A stretch of DNA of 64,000 bases, taken from Azolla caroliniana (Eukaryota; Plantae; Polypodiophyta). The stretch covers positions 18,786,001-18,850,000 of the forward strand of contig JBHGNT010000009.1 in NCBI GenBank assembly GCA_043228905.1, written 5' to 3'. A program made the position numbers and the translations under genes. Positions 26,293 through 39,253 of the stretch are shown piece after piece (within the stretch, counting starts at the first letter, position 1; every line of letters begins with the position of its first letter). The notes beneath the pieces are model-generated. The model made no database searches and had not been told where the DNA came from. It was given only the letters and a program-made list of their open reading frames with translations.

Positions 26293-27769
26293 CATTCAAG
26301 TTTGCTTTTTCCACCCATTGTCAATGGAGTCGAGTTCCTACACATTCATCTTAAAGTTGGAATATGAACTCTTGATTGCAATACTCATTAGTAAAATTCT
26401 TTGACATTGAGAGTTGCTCCTAAATTGCACATACAATATATATAAATATCTTTCACTTTTGGTTCCATAGGCTATATTTGATCTTTGAAGATGATTATAA
26501 AGTCTCTCTGATTGGGAAATGAGATTGATGTTATTCAATGTAGTGGTGATCCAAACATTGCTTTATGAGGTGGCACTATCATGCTTAATGCATGGAATGA
26601 AGAGAAAATCCAAAATTTCTTCTTATGTAGACAATTGTGTGTAAAACCCTCAACATCCTATCTTGTTGTGCCATTAGAAATATGTCCTCGGTCTGTAGCA
26701 CTAACCACAAAAAGAGTATACTAATATATCGCAAAAGTCAAGATATGCCCAATTACATATGGCCAAAGCTAATAAGGATGCGAGGTATGACAATCTATTA
26801 AGAGCAAAATCCTCTCATCTAGATAGGTGCTTGACATTATGAAGTGGTTTAAAAGATGCTTGACATGATTGAGCATCTCTGTCAAGACAAGAGAACTTAC
26901 TCGATAGTTCATATGAGAAAGGTTGAATCTTGCTTTAAACGGTTTTTGGCGTTAGGATGGACTGAAGTGATGCAATTAACACTCAAATCTCTTTTGTAGA
27001 CCCTAATGATGTTTATGATTAATTCTCGATTGCCTTTCCATATTATTCTTTCGTAGTCATTAGTTAGTTACATACAATGCCCTTATGCTTATGCAAATGT
27101 GAATGTAGTCCAATGGTTGGTGGTAGCATGTAGGCAATGCATCAAGAGAGATACTAACCTAAAGAAACATGATGTAAAATAAACAATTGTTATCAATGAC
27201 AATTCTATATTATTCTTTTGTTCTTTATACCTAGGGAATGCCTGGTCAAACTACGAGTGTTGAAACACTTGATGCAAAACTATAAATTTTCTACAGGCAT
27301 TGTGGACAATTCTTTCATTGTTTACATCTTCGAGACAACTCAATCGCAAGTTTAGCGAGTAAACATATTTTTAGTGTTATATAGACGCGAGCTCGGGCAT
27401 AAAGGAACATTGACAAATGTGTCAGCTTCCTTTGCAATTGTGGAGTGGTTGTGAGTAATGTGCGAGAGAATACTGACATATGCCCAACACCGATGTGAAT
27501 TCAACAAGGTAGGGAATCGATGACATATGGGTAGGAATATTTTATAGGCGGACTTTTGACAAGATGGAGTGGTTTTAATCTTACATCGAAGTATTTATCT
27601 AAGCTAATACGTAGAACTTAATCTTGATCAAAATAGTAGGGAATTACTTATTTGCACATGTTTCATACACAACTTTAGGGCGTTTCTTAGTGCTAATGTA
27701 GTATCTTTTCTTGGAGAATTCTGAAAAAAGAAATGGCAGGGGATTGATGACAAGCAAGGCAGAATTGAG

Positions 27770-28270
27770 CGTGGGGCGGCGGGCATCGGGGTGTGCGGAC
27801 CATTCGGAAGGGAGAGACCCAAACCCTGGATGGTCTTGATGTCTGTTGCCATTCGGGAGGGAGGGATCGATGATTGATGTCTGGATATTCAGAAGGGGGA
27901 GAGACCCGATGATGGACACCTCGATATCTATGTCTGCTGGCATTCGAAAGGGCGAGAGGGCCTGACGATGGACGACATGTTGGATGGACGTTTGGAAGGG
28001 AGAGATGCGATGGGCACCTGGATGTCCAGGCCCAGTGATGGACGCCTGGATGGATGTCCTGACCTTCTGGAAGGTAGAGACCCGATGATGGAAAACCGCG
28101 ACGTCTGGTGTCCACAGGTCCAGAACAGACCAACCCAGACCACAACAGACCAGCCCATACCAGAAGAGACCAGACCAGATAGACCAGACTAGAATAGACC
28201 AGACAAGAACAGACCAGACCAGACCAGACCAGACCAGAACAGAACAGACGAGACGAGAACAGACAGAGAG
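27770..28270. repeat. GC-rich degenerate repeats plus (AGACC)n pentamer array upstream of the SAS-4-like gene
   Basis: Repeated ggaaggg(a)gagacccgatgatgga and ctggatgtc units; agaccagacc runs at 28125-28265. Confidence 0.8.
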
Positions 28271-28505
28271 TTCCTTCCCGTCCTTGGCGATGCTTTAGGG
28301 TTTCGGTTCCCTGTACAGGGAAGGTGGGGGAGGGGGGTTGCGTGCAGCCATGTCTTGGTAGAAGCAGACAGGCGGAGACTAGCATGACTGCAGGAGACCC
28401 GAAGATGGACGACAGAATCTTAGTCGCGCTGGAAAACCAATGGTGGGAACAGTTTTTTCCCTTTCTACCTAAGATCAGCATAACATGAAAAACAGAAACG
28501 AAAAC

Positions 28506-28568
28506 GAAGAAGAAGAAGAAGAAGAAGAAGAAGAAGAAGAAGAAGAAGAAGAAGAAGAAGAAGAAGAA
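28506..28568. repeat. (GAA)n microsatellite, ~21 units
   Basis: Directly visible. Confidence 0.95.
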
Positions 28569-28639
28569 ATAACCACGAGTGCTGGTTTCCCTCTTAGAAG
28601 CCTTAAAGGTCTTTGTCTCACTCATCTCTCTGCAGAAAT

Positions 28640-28890
28640 ATGGTGAATGATTGTTCGATAGCAACAGGTAGTGGACCTCCGGTTTTTTGGTGTATTATGT
28701 TCTATTTTAATGGACAGAAGAAAGGAAACTATAACAGTAAACATGCCTAGGGTGGTTGATGATATGTGAGACGTACGTCTGTTTTAAGTAAAATGAAGCT
28801 TTTAGTGGCACTCCATTGTGAGGATATGTTTCAAATCTATGTATATACATACATACATACGTACATACATACATGATACATATATATATG

Positions 28891-28922
<32 letters not shown>

Positions 28923-31900
28923 TGTATGTATGTATGTATGTATGTACATATACATATAGATAGATATATACACACAAATATACACACACATATATGTATA
29001 TATGTGTGTGTATGTATATCTGGATAAAGATATAATTAGCCTATATTATTCTATAATATCTTATGAATCTGCAGACAATCTTCAAGCCGATGCAAATTAT
29101 TGGGGGCCTCAATTTGATATACTAGAGAATGGTTCAACTTCAACATTGGAGGGTAGTAGTAGCTATGATTTAGAAGAAGATTCATCAATAGAATTTAAGG
29201 ATGTTTCAGACCGAGAGATGAGGATGATGATGATGATGCTAGAGAAGCATGAAAATAATGACATGGAAGCAATGGATCTTAATCTAATAAGGTGGAAAAG
29301 GTTTCTTTAATGCTGCAATATCTGGGAAAAACTAGTGTGCTATATGTTTCCTAACCATAAAGAAACATATGCTTACCTCTCATAGGAACAGTGAAGAATC
29401 CGAAACATATTCTCAGAAATTTGATAAAGAAGAGGTGAATACTTGGTCCAGAAAGTTTCAGGGAATTCGCGGCAAAGAAAACGTTGCTTGGAAAGAAAAT
29501 CAAGATGGAGAAGAATCACAGCCCGATTCAGAGAGGGAAAGAGGCAGTAAACAGCTTGTTGGTGTGATTTTCTGCTCTCTCTCTATATTATATATACACA
29601 CGTATATATCTGTATATATATATGTCTGTGTGTGTCTATTGAAGGCTCATATGTAGGGAGAATTTGTTTTATAATAATTCATAGCAGATGTATTACTGAA
29701 ATTGAGAAATTAATCATTAAGGAAGTAAAAGTAGAGAGACAAATGGTAGAGATATAGTATTTGCATTAAGATATTTCAAATGGTTGAGGTTGCTTTTATA
29801 TAGGCTATAATGTGAAAGCTTATTGGCCCTCATTTGGACTTGTCCATACTTGGATGCTAGAAAATATAGGAAAGATAATACTAAATATAGTGAAAAGAAT
29901 ATTTGGAACCATGGGATTGCAGCTCCTCCCTTTGCTTTTTATATTTTGTAATAATGTGTGGAATATGAAAAGTTATCCGATTGGTGGAAATGGCGAGTCA
30001 TAGTGGTCTAGAAGAATTCATTGTCTCTTAAGAAACAACTATTCCTTTGGCAATTTCTACTCGAATCTTGCCTGTTAGTTTATGGTTACTATCAAGGAAA
30101 ACTGATTTGGCCACTTGTAAGTGGGCTGGAAAATAAGATGAAACCCATCTTTATCTTTGCTATATTTGTCCCCATACAATACCTTTCGTGTAAAAGGTTA
30201 TGCACTGTCGACAGCTACAGTTCCCTGCACTATCAATTTTAAAAGTTCTTTTATCTTTTTGGTGTTTAATGATGCACTGGGCTCTGTTGACACTATGGAC
30301 TATTCGTAATCAGCAGAAAAGTGCCTATTTTGTAATGTTTCAAATTTGAAATGCTGTTAATATTCTTCATGGCTTTTTACCCGACTTTGAGGTGTCCCAC
30401 TAGTACTGTAATGCAATGATAATCACGAAAAAGGAGTATGTGCACTCTGTGTGCATTTTCTGGCACTGATTGTACATAAGCTTGTTTTTAAATAAGCATC
30501 ATGATTCATTATACAGAGCACATATCAGCTTCCTACCTGTAGTCTTACAGTAATCAATGTGATATGTAGGGGACTACAGGAATTTTCTCCTACCAGGTCA
30601 GAAGCTTTATGAGCTCACAGTTGATGGAAAGAAAGCAGTTGCATACAGTAGAAAAGACATGTTGTGGAGAAGCTCTGAAGATCATAAGAGGGATTTGAGA
30701 ACATTCTCCCCACTCGAGAAAGATTACCTGTGTAGAAATTCTGATATGTTAGCGGCATTTGAAATTGACGGTGGGTACTTTCACATGTTTGTGTGTATAT
30801 GCTCCAATTGTGTATTGTTATCCTTTTCTTGTGGAACAGCATTGAGCCTTCGATTTAATTCTTTGATACAAGAAGACTGTAGTGTTGATCTCCTGACTGG
30901 TAAGATTAGCCTTTAGTGACTGCATAATTCTGAATTTCTGAGTTAAATGTTGGCATTTGGCAGAACATTGCAGCCCAAACAAAAAAGTCCAGGAAGCAAT
31001 CAACAGACATGAAAGAAAAACGTTATATGATCAATTTGAAGATCCTATGCATGAATCAATGATTAGGCAAAACCAAACGTCTAAATATGCAAATCCGATA
31101 AACAACTTGTGTCACTTAAATACTCTGGAAGCGGCAAGTTCTAAAAATATTAAAATGACGAACGAGTTTGATGATACGAACTCCTGGATAACCAACAATT
31201 CAGAGGTGTCAATTAGTTTCAACTGTTGGTTATGACATCGATTATCTATATTACAATATTTGTATTGCATTAAAAAGTTACTATTCGTTTTCCTGAAAGG
31301 TGTAACTTCAATATTGGTAGCTTGAATATGAATGGAAGATTAAGTTGTGGAATTATGGTTTCTAGGCATATTGGCAACTTGCAGTTTGTACTTTCTCACT
31401 GCGAAGGCTCGTCTAATTGACTGAACAAAGGAGTTTAGAGATTATTTTTCTTACATGAAAAAGACTGAATAAGAGAGACAGAAGAAATAATTTTCCTTGT
31501 GATTTTCATACTTATGATGATGAGATTGAGCTGTAAGATTGTATGATTCCAGGTCTGAAATGTAGCTATTTCATAAGCAAAGGATAACATTCCTCGTTTC
31601 TTTTTGTGGCAAAGTGACCTTTGATTCTTGCTTAAAAGCAAGCAATACATGTTTTACTTTTTGTTTGTAATAATACACTTGGGGCAGCAATTTGTTTATG
31701 TACATTTATCCTTGCAAATGGTCATGACTTGACTTTGACCTGTTGTAGCATTCCCAAACCAAAGAAAATTAATGCTTTTAACATAATAAAGGTTATGGAC
31801 ACATAGTAGGCAGATTTTGTTGTTTGGTTGCCTATTTTGTTTCTCACCATGAATTTTACACTGAGGACAAATTTCTTATCTTATTAAATCTATGCTTTTT

Positions 31901-34900
31901 GTGTAGTTATTGGATCCTGAACCAGAATATGGTGCAACATTGAAGAACCTTGGCAATCTTAATGCTGAGGATGACATGCCAGAAAAAGATTATTGTGGAG
32001 ATGGAAAGAATAATCCTATACATCCCAGCAACATGACATCATCATCATTTTTATATGCAAATGATAAAAGGACACATGTAAATCCTGATGTTTCATGCCA
32101 TAGAGTCGATAAAAATGAATTGACAGGGAACAAGGAAAAATTCATTGTGATGGGGAATGGAACAAAAGAAGCTCATTTGACAGAAGTTATGAAAGTTTTC
32201 AAGGAAGAATTTCATCAGCTGAAAATAGAAAACAAACGGCTAGAAAAGCTTCTCAAGGTATATGTTTCAGTTCTTCAGTGCATTTCTTAAAGAATATTAT
32301 TTTGACTCAATATTATAGTAATATTGCCTTGATCAGCTATTAGCTAGCACAGAAAGACACATATCTTGTAAAAAAGTTATAGAAAATCAGTGTATCAGTT
32401 CTTTAACTTATTATTAGTCAAGTCAATGTGGATATTGACTCATTAGCCTGCATTGATTTGAGTATTCACATAAATAAGCACCATGCCTAGTCAACATGGA
32501 AACTGATCCTGGCAAAAGAGGCTATTGAAGGGATACTTTGTACGCAGATGCCAAATAATTGTAGGTTTCAAGGGGAATCCATGATATCCTACCACTGCGA
32601 GAAGAGGGAAGTAGGTGTCCATAATTCTATATCTGATTGAACCGAACATGGATCCTAAAGAACCAGAGGTACTGCAGCTGAAAACTTGGAAAAAGGTTGT
32701 GAGGAACAGTGGGCAGGTGCAGGAGACAAACCATCAGCAAGCCCTAGAGTGGGTAAAGATTTCGCACTAGAGGAACATCAAAATCAACCAGCAACGGTGT
32801 AGGTGAAATCTGGCTAAAGAATAAAGGAATGGAGGGTTTCTACAAAAGAATATGGAGTATAGGACCATTTAATGGTCTTCCCAAAATTCATGCTGTGCTT
32901 TCACCAGCAAATGGTGGAGAATTTAACTAAAGCAATCAAAGGTAACACAAAGGCTAATCTTGGGAGAAGGGAAGAAGCCAAAAAATATTCGAAGTACCAA
33001 TGGTTATGGCCAATCTTCACAATCAAGAGCTTGCCGTAGTCCTGATGGATGGCAGATCCGTAGTAAATGTGATAAGTGAGTGGATGTGCAGAGTATTCAG
33101 TCCTCACAAAATGAGAATTATCCCCATTTGGGTCCAAATGGTAGATCAAAGAGCAGTCCTGGCACCAGGTGTAATCTGTAAATTCATCAGTCATGATACG
33201 TGTTTGATATATCAACAGTGGTACTGAAATTGGAAATGGTGGAGACATATCCAATGTTGGCGGGAAGCTGAGAGAATTGACGATGAGTCTGGGGAAAATT
33301 AAGATTCTAGTTTTCCACATATATAGGTCTATACTTCAACAAAGCATTTCCATCATAGCAGGAGAACAGATTTTCAATAGAAAACGCAAAACCTCTAGAA
33401 ATTTAGTTGAGCTGGATGTTGGGATGCACAAACCCATCAATGCCTCTTGAAGCATGGCGTGGGCATGGCTCAGGCAGTGTTTGATCTCCTTCATGAAGTG
33501 ATAGAAATGTGATTTGCGAGACCTGGATTAACCTACAAAACCAATTGCCACCTCAGATATTGTACTAGCATTTCCTTAACATCTCAGCCCAGGCTGTCAA
33601 AGTGACCTCACTACTGGACATTTACATGGAAATTTGCCCATAGATTAGTAAATGGTTTTCACTGCTGAGTTGTGGATGCTCTTTTGGGTGGAGATTTCTC
33701 ATTTAGACAATAGGAAGTATCAGATAAGATGAAAAGAGATACTGTGAGGCCTTCCCTTTCTTGTAAAGTATGGATTTTCATATTCAAAGGTCATATACAC
33801 CACTTGATTGGGTTTATGCACTTTCTCCATGTTTTGACTTTGGTTCCACCTATATGTCACCTTGTATTTGTGGTCTTGTTTGTTTCGGTAATATTTTTTA
33901 GTAGCAGTACTATTTTGCTCTACATGAAGAGATAAATTGAACTTATTCTCGAAAATTTCCTAATCCATATTGACTATACGATTTCTTATATGATCATGTG
34001 ATATGTGAACTTGTGGTAATAGAGACCAACAGCTATTGTATGTATGCTGAAGGATGTAGCACAAAATTATTTATGTTATCTTAATCTTTGACAGAAAAAA
34101 ATACTAGACTTCTCAAAAGAACGAGCTTTGTGGGAGCAGAAAGATTTGTCTAATTTGAGCATGTTTAATACATACAAAGAGGAGGTAAAAATCTACAACA
34201 TAAAATTTGTAACACCCAAGTTATGAAATGTATTGGAGCTGTAGGGAGCTCATGTAGCACATGGTATGCATTCTTAGCTCATAAATGTTAGGGTATTGTT
34301 AGCAATGAAGTCTTTGTAAGAATATGGAAAGGACACATTTATTATCAAGAGAATATAGACAGAAGTTTCAATTTCCACATTGCGCATTTTAAATGTATTC
34401 TTTTGCTACTACCAGCACAACTTGATGGAACAGTATATCTCTGCAATGAGATTTATGATTTAAAACATTATTACTTGTTTCAAACAATTGGTTTACATCC
34501 TTCAAATTTTGTGATTTAAGACTTACCGCTTGCGGAAAGAGAGGTTAAAATTAGAGAAACAAACAAAGTTGATAGCTCAATTTCCCACCAAAATAGAACG
34601 AAATGAAATGGAGGAGCTCCGGAAGAAGATTACAAGTATCAGTTCACTTCATGCTAAGAAGGAGTCATTACAAAATATGACTGTAAGAATGCTTAGTATG
34701 TTTGGAACTAGATGATGTTTTTTGGAATCTCTTTCATGATTATATCTTTCCGACATGAATGTACGAAACAAGTTGATAACAGGACACATTTATTTCATGA
34801 AAGTAATCTCTCTGTAATTTCAAATTGTAAGTTGATATATGATCAACAGGACATTTATTTTGGAAAACATCAAATGTAATAAATTTACTGCTTTTTCTAC

Positions 34901-35291
34901 AATCCTCGCCCACTTTCAGTTCACTGTGTAAGTTTTTGCTTAACAGATCAATAGGCTTCGAAGAATAATAACTGATCAGACAGATCAAATCCAGTCATTG
35001 CAAGATGAGGTTTGTAAATTTATAAAATGTAAAACAGCAATTCTGAAGTAACGGACGAAATGATGTCCTTTTGTAACCAGTTTCGTTGTATTTCTTTTGT
35101 GACCGACTTAACTTTGTTATTTATTAACTGATTTAATTAACTGATTTAATAACTCATTGCCGAATGTGCTACAATTTTAGGTCAAAAGGTATGAAAGGGT
35201 ATTGCAAGCAGAGTGGGCGACAGATAGCAGAAAAATGATCAAATTTGGAACGAGCCATGATCAAGATAACAGATTTGCAAATGAACATAAA
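28640..35291 (+). CDS. SAS4: SAS-4/CPAP (CENPJ)-like centriole/basal-body coiled-coil protein, >=547 codons; 3' end unresolved. Exons 28640-28667, 29075-29291, 29386-29561, 30570-30770, 30964-31205, 31907-32257, 34095-34184, 34521-34682, 34947-35009, 35181-35291
   Basis: Ten exons join in consistent phase without stops. The spliced segment [34 protein letters not shown]...[41 protein letters not shown]...INRLRRII...LQDEVKRYER..AEW parallels the CPAP coiled coil as recalled (KFKAENASL..RKEIADFEQQK..FKKEEMRKLQKERKVFEK..FPDKKEREEIQTLKQQI..SRLRSQI..LREEIKVMER..DAW). First exon less certain. Confidence 0.7.
32560..33420 (+). mobile_element. Gypsy aspartic protease remnant in an intron of the SAS-4-like gene
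   Basis: [16 protein letters not shown]...[15 protein letters not shown] resembles retropepsin (LDGGS.VNVI...ADQ..V.P.G). Confidence 0.5.
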
Positions 35292-35349
35292 GTATCCTTC
35301 TTTACATGACGTCCAATTCCTTACTCGATGATTATCACTAGTTATTTAA

Positions 35350-36260
35350 CTAAGCACAGATATATACATAAGGATTAGAACCAATATCATTACCCTACCA
35401 TGCAAAGCAAATGAGTATGCTGCCGAAACAATGGGGGCGTTGAACATTGCTAAATGTGGATTGTCCATTAGATACAAATCCTCATAACCATCTTCTACAG
35501 ATATTGTACAGCAATATGCAGCACAAAACTTTGGTATCCTCAAAGGAACACAAAGTCTGTTAAAGCATCAATTTTGGTGGGATCATCATGCTCAGAAGCT
35601 AGGCAAACATTTTACAACACTTCCAATAAGCAAGAGACTAGAAAGCTATTCAAGAAATTCATGAAGTAGAAAGAAGCTAACGGGAGGCCTTTCACTACCA
35701 ATAGAACATAATTGCAGAGCTTAAGCAAAGCCCGTCATAAATTATGGGGGTTATATGAAGGTCATTGGCACTTCTTGAGATTTTAAGGAAAGGTTTACCT
35801 GGCTATGCAGAGGAACTATATAATGTTCGATAATAATACTAGCTAATGGATGAAATAGATAGCAACATTATAAATAAATGTAGTCACGTTTGCGAAGATA
35901 AATACATCACTGATGAAAATGGCCAAATGGGAAGAAGTGACTTTCCATTGCGAAATCTGGATGGGTACCAGCCTATGAGGAGATTTTAAATCTCCAGCAT
36001 TTACAGTGAGGTTTCTTTGAGCAATTGATGGTTGAATCACATTGTTCCCATCTTTAATGCTGGAAATCCAATTTTTGTGCAAAAAATTACTGAACCATTA
36101 TGGCATGGACTCTTTATGGAAAAGCTATTTGGCAGTGTTAAGAAACAAAAAAGCTTTTGAGTTGAATCTCACTGGGCTCAAGCTAGAGGAAAAGTGGGTT
36201 CTGAAGATACACTCTACTATTATAGACCAACTAGTCACAATTGAGGGGATTGACAGGGCA
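35350..36260 (-). mobile_element. Possible very old LINE RT remnant
   Basis: Minus-strand HLAIFISDVFIFAN resembles a decayed (F/Y)ADD RT motif context; weak. Confidence 0.3.
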
Positions 36261-36280
36261 TTTGTTGGTTGTTTCTTGAA

Positions 36281-36315
<35 letters not shown>

Positions 36316-37396
36316 GAGTCTTTTGATAGCATACCATGTAGTAAGTGAGGAACAAGATTGGAAAGACTAAAGGTACTGAAAGAGTTGAAGGAAGTGGCAC
36401 TCTTTTTCTCAAAAAAGGTGCTAAATGAAAATTTCTTCCCCTATGGATAGTGCAAAACCTGCAACATTGGGGTGAAACAGGGGTGTCCCTGTTTCACCGT
36501 TAGCGATGGTAATTTTTGAGAGTTAGTTTACTGTGAAGGCCTATGATGCGTGTGATCAGTTGGATATTGGAACAAACAGAGTTTTAGAAACGAGAAATAA
36601 ACTCTGTGATACCGGCTATGTTGTTTGTAACATGTTTCACTGGCCTTGTGGTCTGGCATGATGCCATTACTTCAGTTAAAGTTATTAATGAAGTCATTAA
36701 TACTAACTGAATGTGAATAAAGAAATAAGGAAATTACTGAAGTAGAAAATTGACATTGAATTAATGATTGGGAATGCAAGGATAATTAATGTGCATTTCC
36801 ATACAATGGCACCCTTGGTTTCTCCTCTTTTTTATTCAAGCAAACTCTGAAGAAATATGTCATACAAAAGTTTTAATGGAGGCGATTGCTATATTGTGCA
36901 ATTTTGTTTTCATTCATTAAAGTAAAGATTTAAAGAAAAAACTCAAGACTTCATGTGATTTTAAATGATTCTATTTGTGGTAATGCTTGGTGGTGGACAG
37001 AATGGGCGCAATTGGAGCAGAGTTTCCACCACAGTATGCTGGACAAGAAAACAACAATAGGGGTACGGATCAAACATTGTTTCCTAATACCTATGAGATA
37101 TTGGATCATATGTATTTATTATGGTTGATTCTATTTGCTACTTGAGTTATCGGAAAATGATTCGTCACATCAAGTCAAATGATTGCTTAGCTGGATCACA
37201 TAAAACTGTAAATGTTTTTGAAGCATAAAAAACTGAACAAACTAAATTACAGGTATTTTGGACACTTCTCCAAAATATAACCTGTGGAGATCTTGACTTC
37301 TATCATATGAAGAATTATTTGTGAGATAGAGACTCAAGAGGGAGAACACTTGCAAAGTTTTTGACATGCATTGAATGCATGATTAAAGTGTTTAAT

Positions 37397-37450
37397 ACAT
37401 AATATGCTTGATGTAGATATATGTAGATATCTACATCAAGCATATTATGT
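37397..37450. repeat. Perfect 24-bp inverted repeat with 6-nt loop
   Basis: acataatatgcttgatgtagatat-atgtag-atatctacatcaagcatattatgt. Confidence 0.95.
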
Positions 37451-39253
37451 GAATCAAATGGAGACTAATCAATTTTTAATGTCCATGGTTTCTTCATGAG
37501 TTACGAAACCTTAAAATTAATTATTTTGATTCTATGGAAGATAGCTGAGTCACATCTCATTGGGTTGAGGTGGTACAAATATCAATGTATTAATATGTGC
37601 ATTTGTGCATGTGTATGTATGTTGTGATTAGTGAATGATGTTCCAATTTGGTTTATTTTGTTGTCCTTAAACTCCATAAAGTGGAATAAGTTAATACAGT
37701 AATAGTTCTTTAGGATGCCTTCTTGTAAATTGCCTCACTGGGAAACTTGTTTAAATAGGTAAAAATCACAATGTGCGAACATTCATACGCATCAACTGTT
37801 TGCTATCTTCTGTTTGTTTGAACAAGTTTGTTGACATGATTCTTTATTTAAATGGAACTAAGGACTTGATCTTAAACTTTCGAGAACCTTGGGAAGAGAG
37901 TTGGTGGGATTGGAACATCAGTTGTTTGGAACAATATTAATGAGTGGGGAATATATGAAGCAACATTATTGGTGGGAATGGAATACAATATTGTGAAATG
38001 CACATAAGAAATCAAAACCAGCCTAGTTAGCTTCTTACTTCTTACTCAATTTATAGTTGATATAAAGGTACCCATTTGGGTTGGCTTAGCTAGAAAGGGT
38101 GTGCTAAAAGGGTGGGTCGACTTAGGTACATGCATCCTAAAAAGGGTGACACAAAGGAACACATGCACACCACAATATGCTAAACTTGTTTGATTGGTAG
38201 AAAATATGTGGTAATTTTGGCTTTTTAATTTATGAGATAGTGAATGGAAGAACTAATAACAGAAGAGAAAAGCTTTGTGTTTTAACTTGATAATGGTACT
38301 TAAACGATCGATTGGTGTCTTTGTGGATTAGAAAGAAGCTTGGATGGGTATATTGATTCATCTCCATTTGATTAAGGTAATATGCACAATGTAGATATAA
38401 AAGAGTTTGCCTATTCTCTTTTGCCTCATTTCTAAATTTTAATATAATCTTCTCTCTTAGTGGTACAATGTTTGAGCAAGTTGATAAAATGCCCGGAACA
38501 TACGTGTTGGACAAGTTGTTGATCCACAAGGTACCATTAGCTCCATTTTTTGGACATAGATAATAAAGCCAATTCTTTTGTATTGGCACTAGTGACAAGC
38601 GTCGACACCATGCAATGATAAGCAAGTAACAAGCTTCGATACCATGCAAAGCAGATGACAAGCTTCCATACCATGCAACGATGAGCAAGTGACAAGCTTT
38701 CCTGATGTTAGGAGAGTTTTTGGCTTGAGTAACAAACCTTGATACCAAACCTTTTATTACTCTCAAGGTTGGTTGATGTGAAAATGAAAGGAATTGGTCT
38801 CCTAGGAAAGGGATTTCCTTAAAAGAGGTGTGTCCCATGGGGATGCCAATCCCCTACAAGAGTGTCTAAATCCCACGTTTATATTGTTTGACAACCTTAA
38901 GAATTTAGTGTAGACCTTTGGAATTCAGTGTCTGGTATCCACAATTCATCTATTTTGAGACTTAATGTTTAAAGGATATTCCTCCCACAATGTAGCTCCA
39001 TTTTTAGTAATGATAATAATGCAAACTATATTTAGATTTCTTGCCTTAAGACACGAAATGAATAGCTATGTATAGTAGCATCTACCATTTCCATGTAAAG
39101 CAGGGCCATTAAGATCATGTTCTATTCCTTATCATATAGGAGGCGGCATATTTCCATATTAGGAAACACTAGAAGAGAAGGATTGTCATTTAAACTTGTT
39201 TCCTTATTAGGAAACAAATTTCACAGTAGGAATAAAGGAAGAAGATCAGGAAC

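Noticed and set aside
27693-28664. 323-aa minus-strand ORF with poly-Phe and LVWSG repeats
   Set aside because: Artefact of (GAA)n and (AGACC)n repeats antisense to the SAS-4-like 5' region.
33570-33590. Perfect U12 branch-like TTCCTTAAC followed by CAG
   Set aside because: No upstream U12 donor in that intron, and the flanking exons already join in frame.
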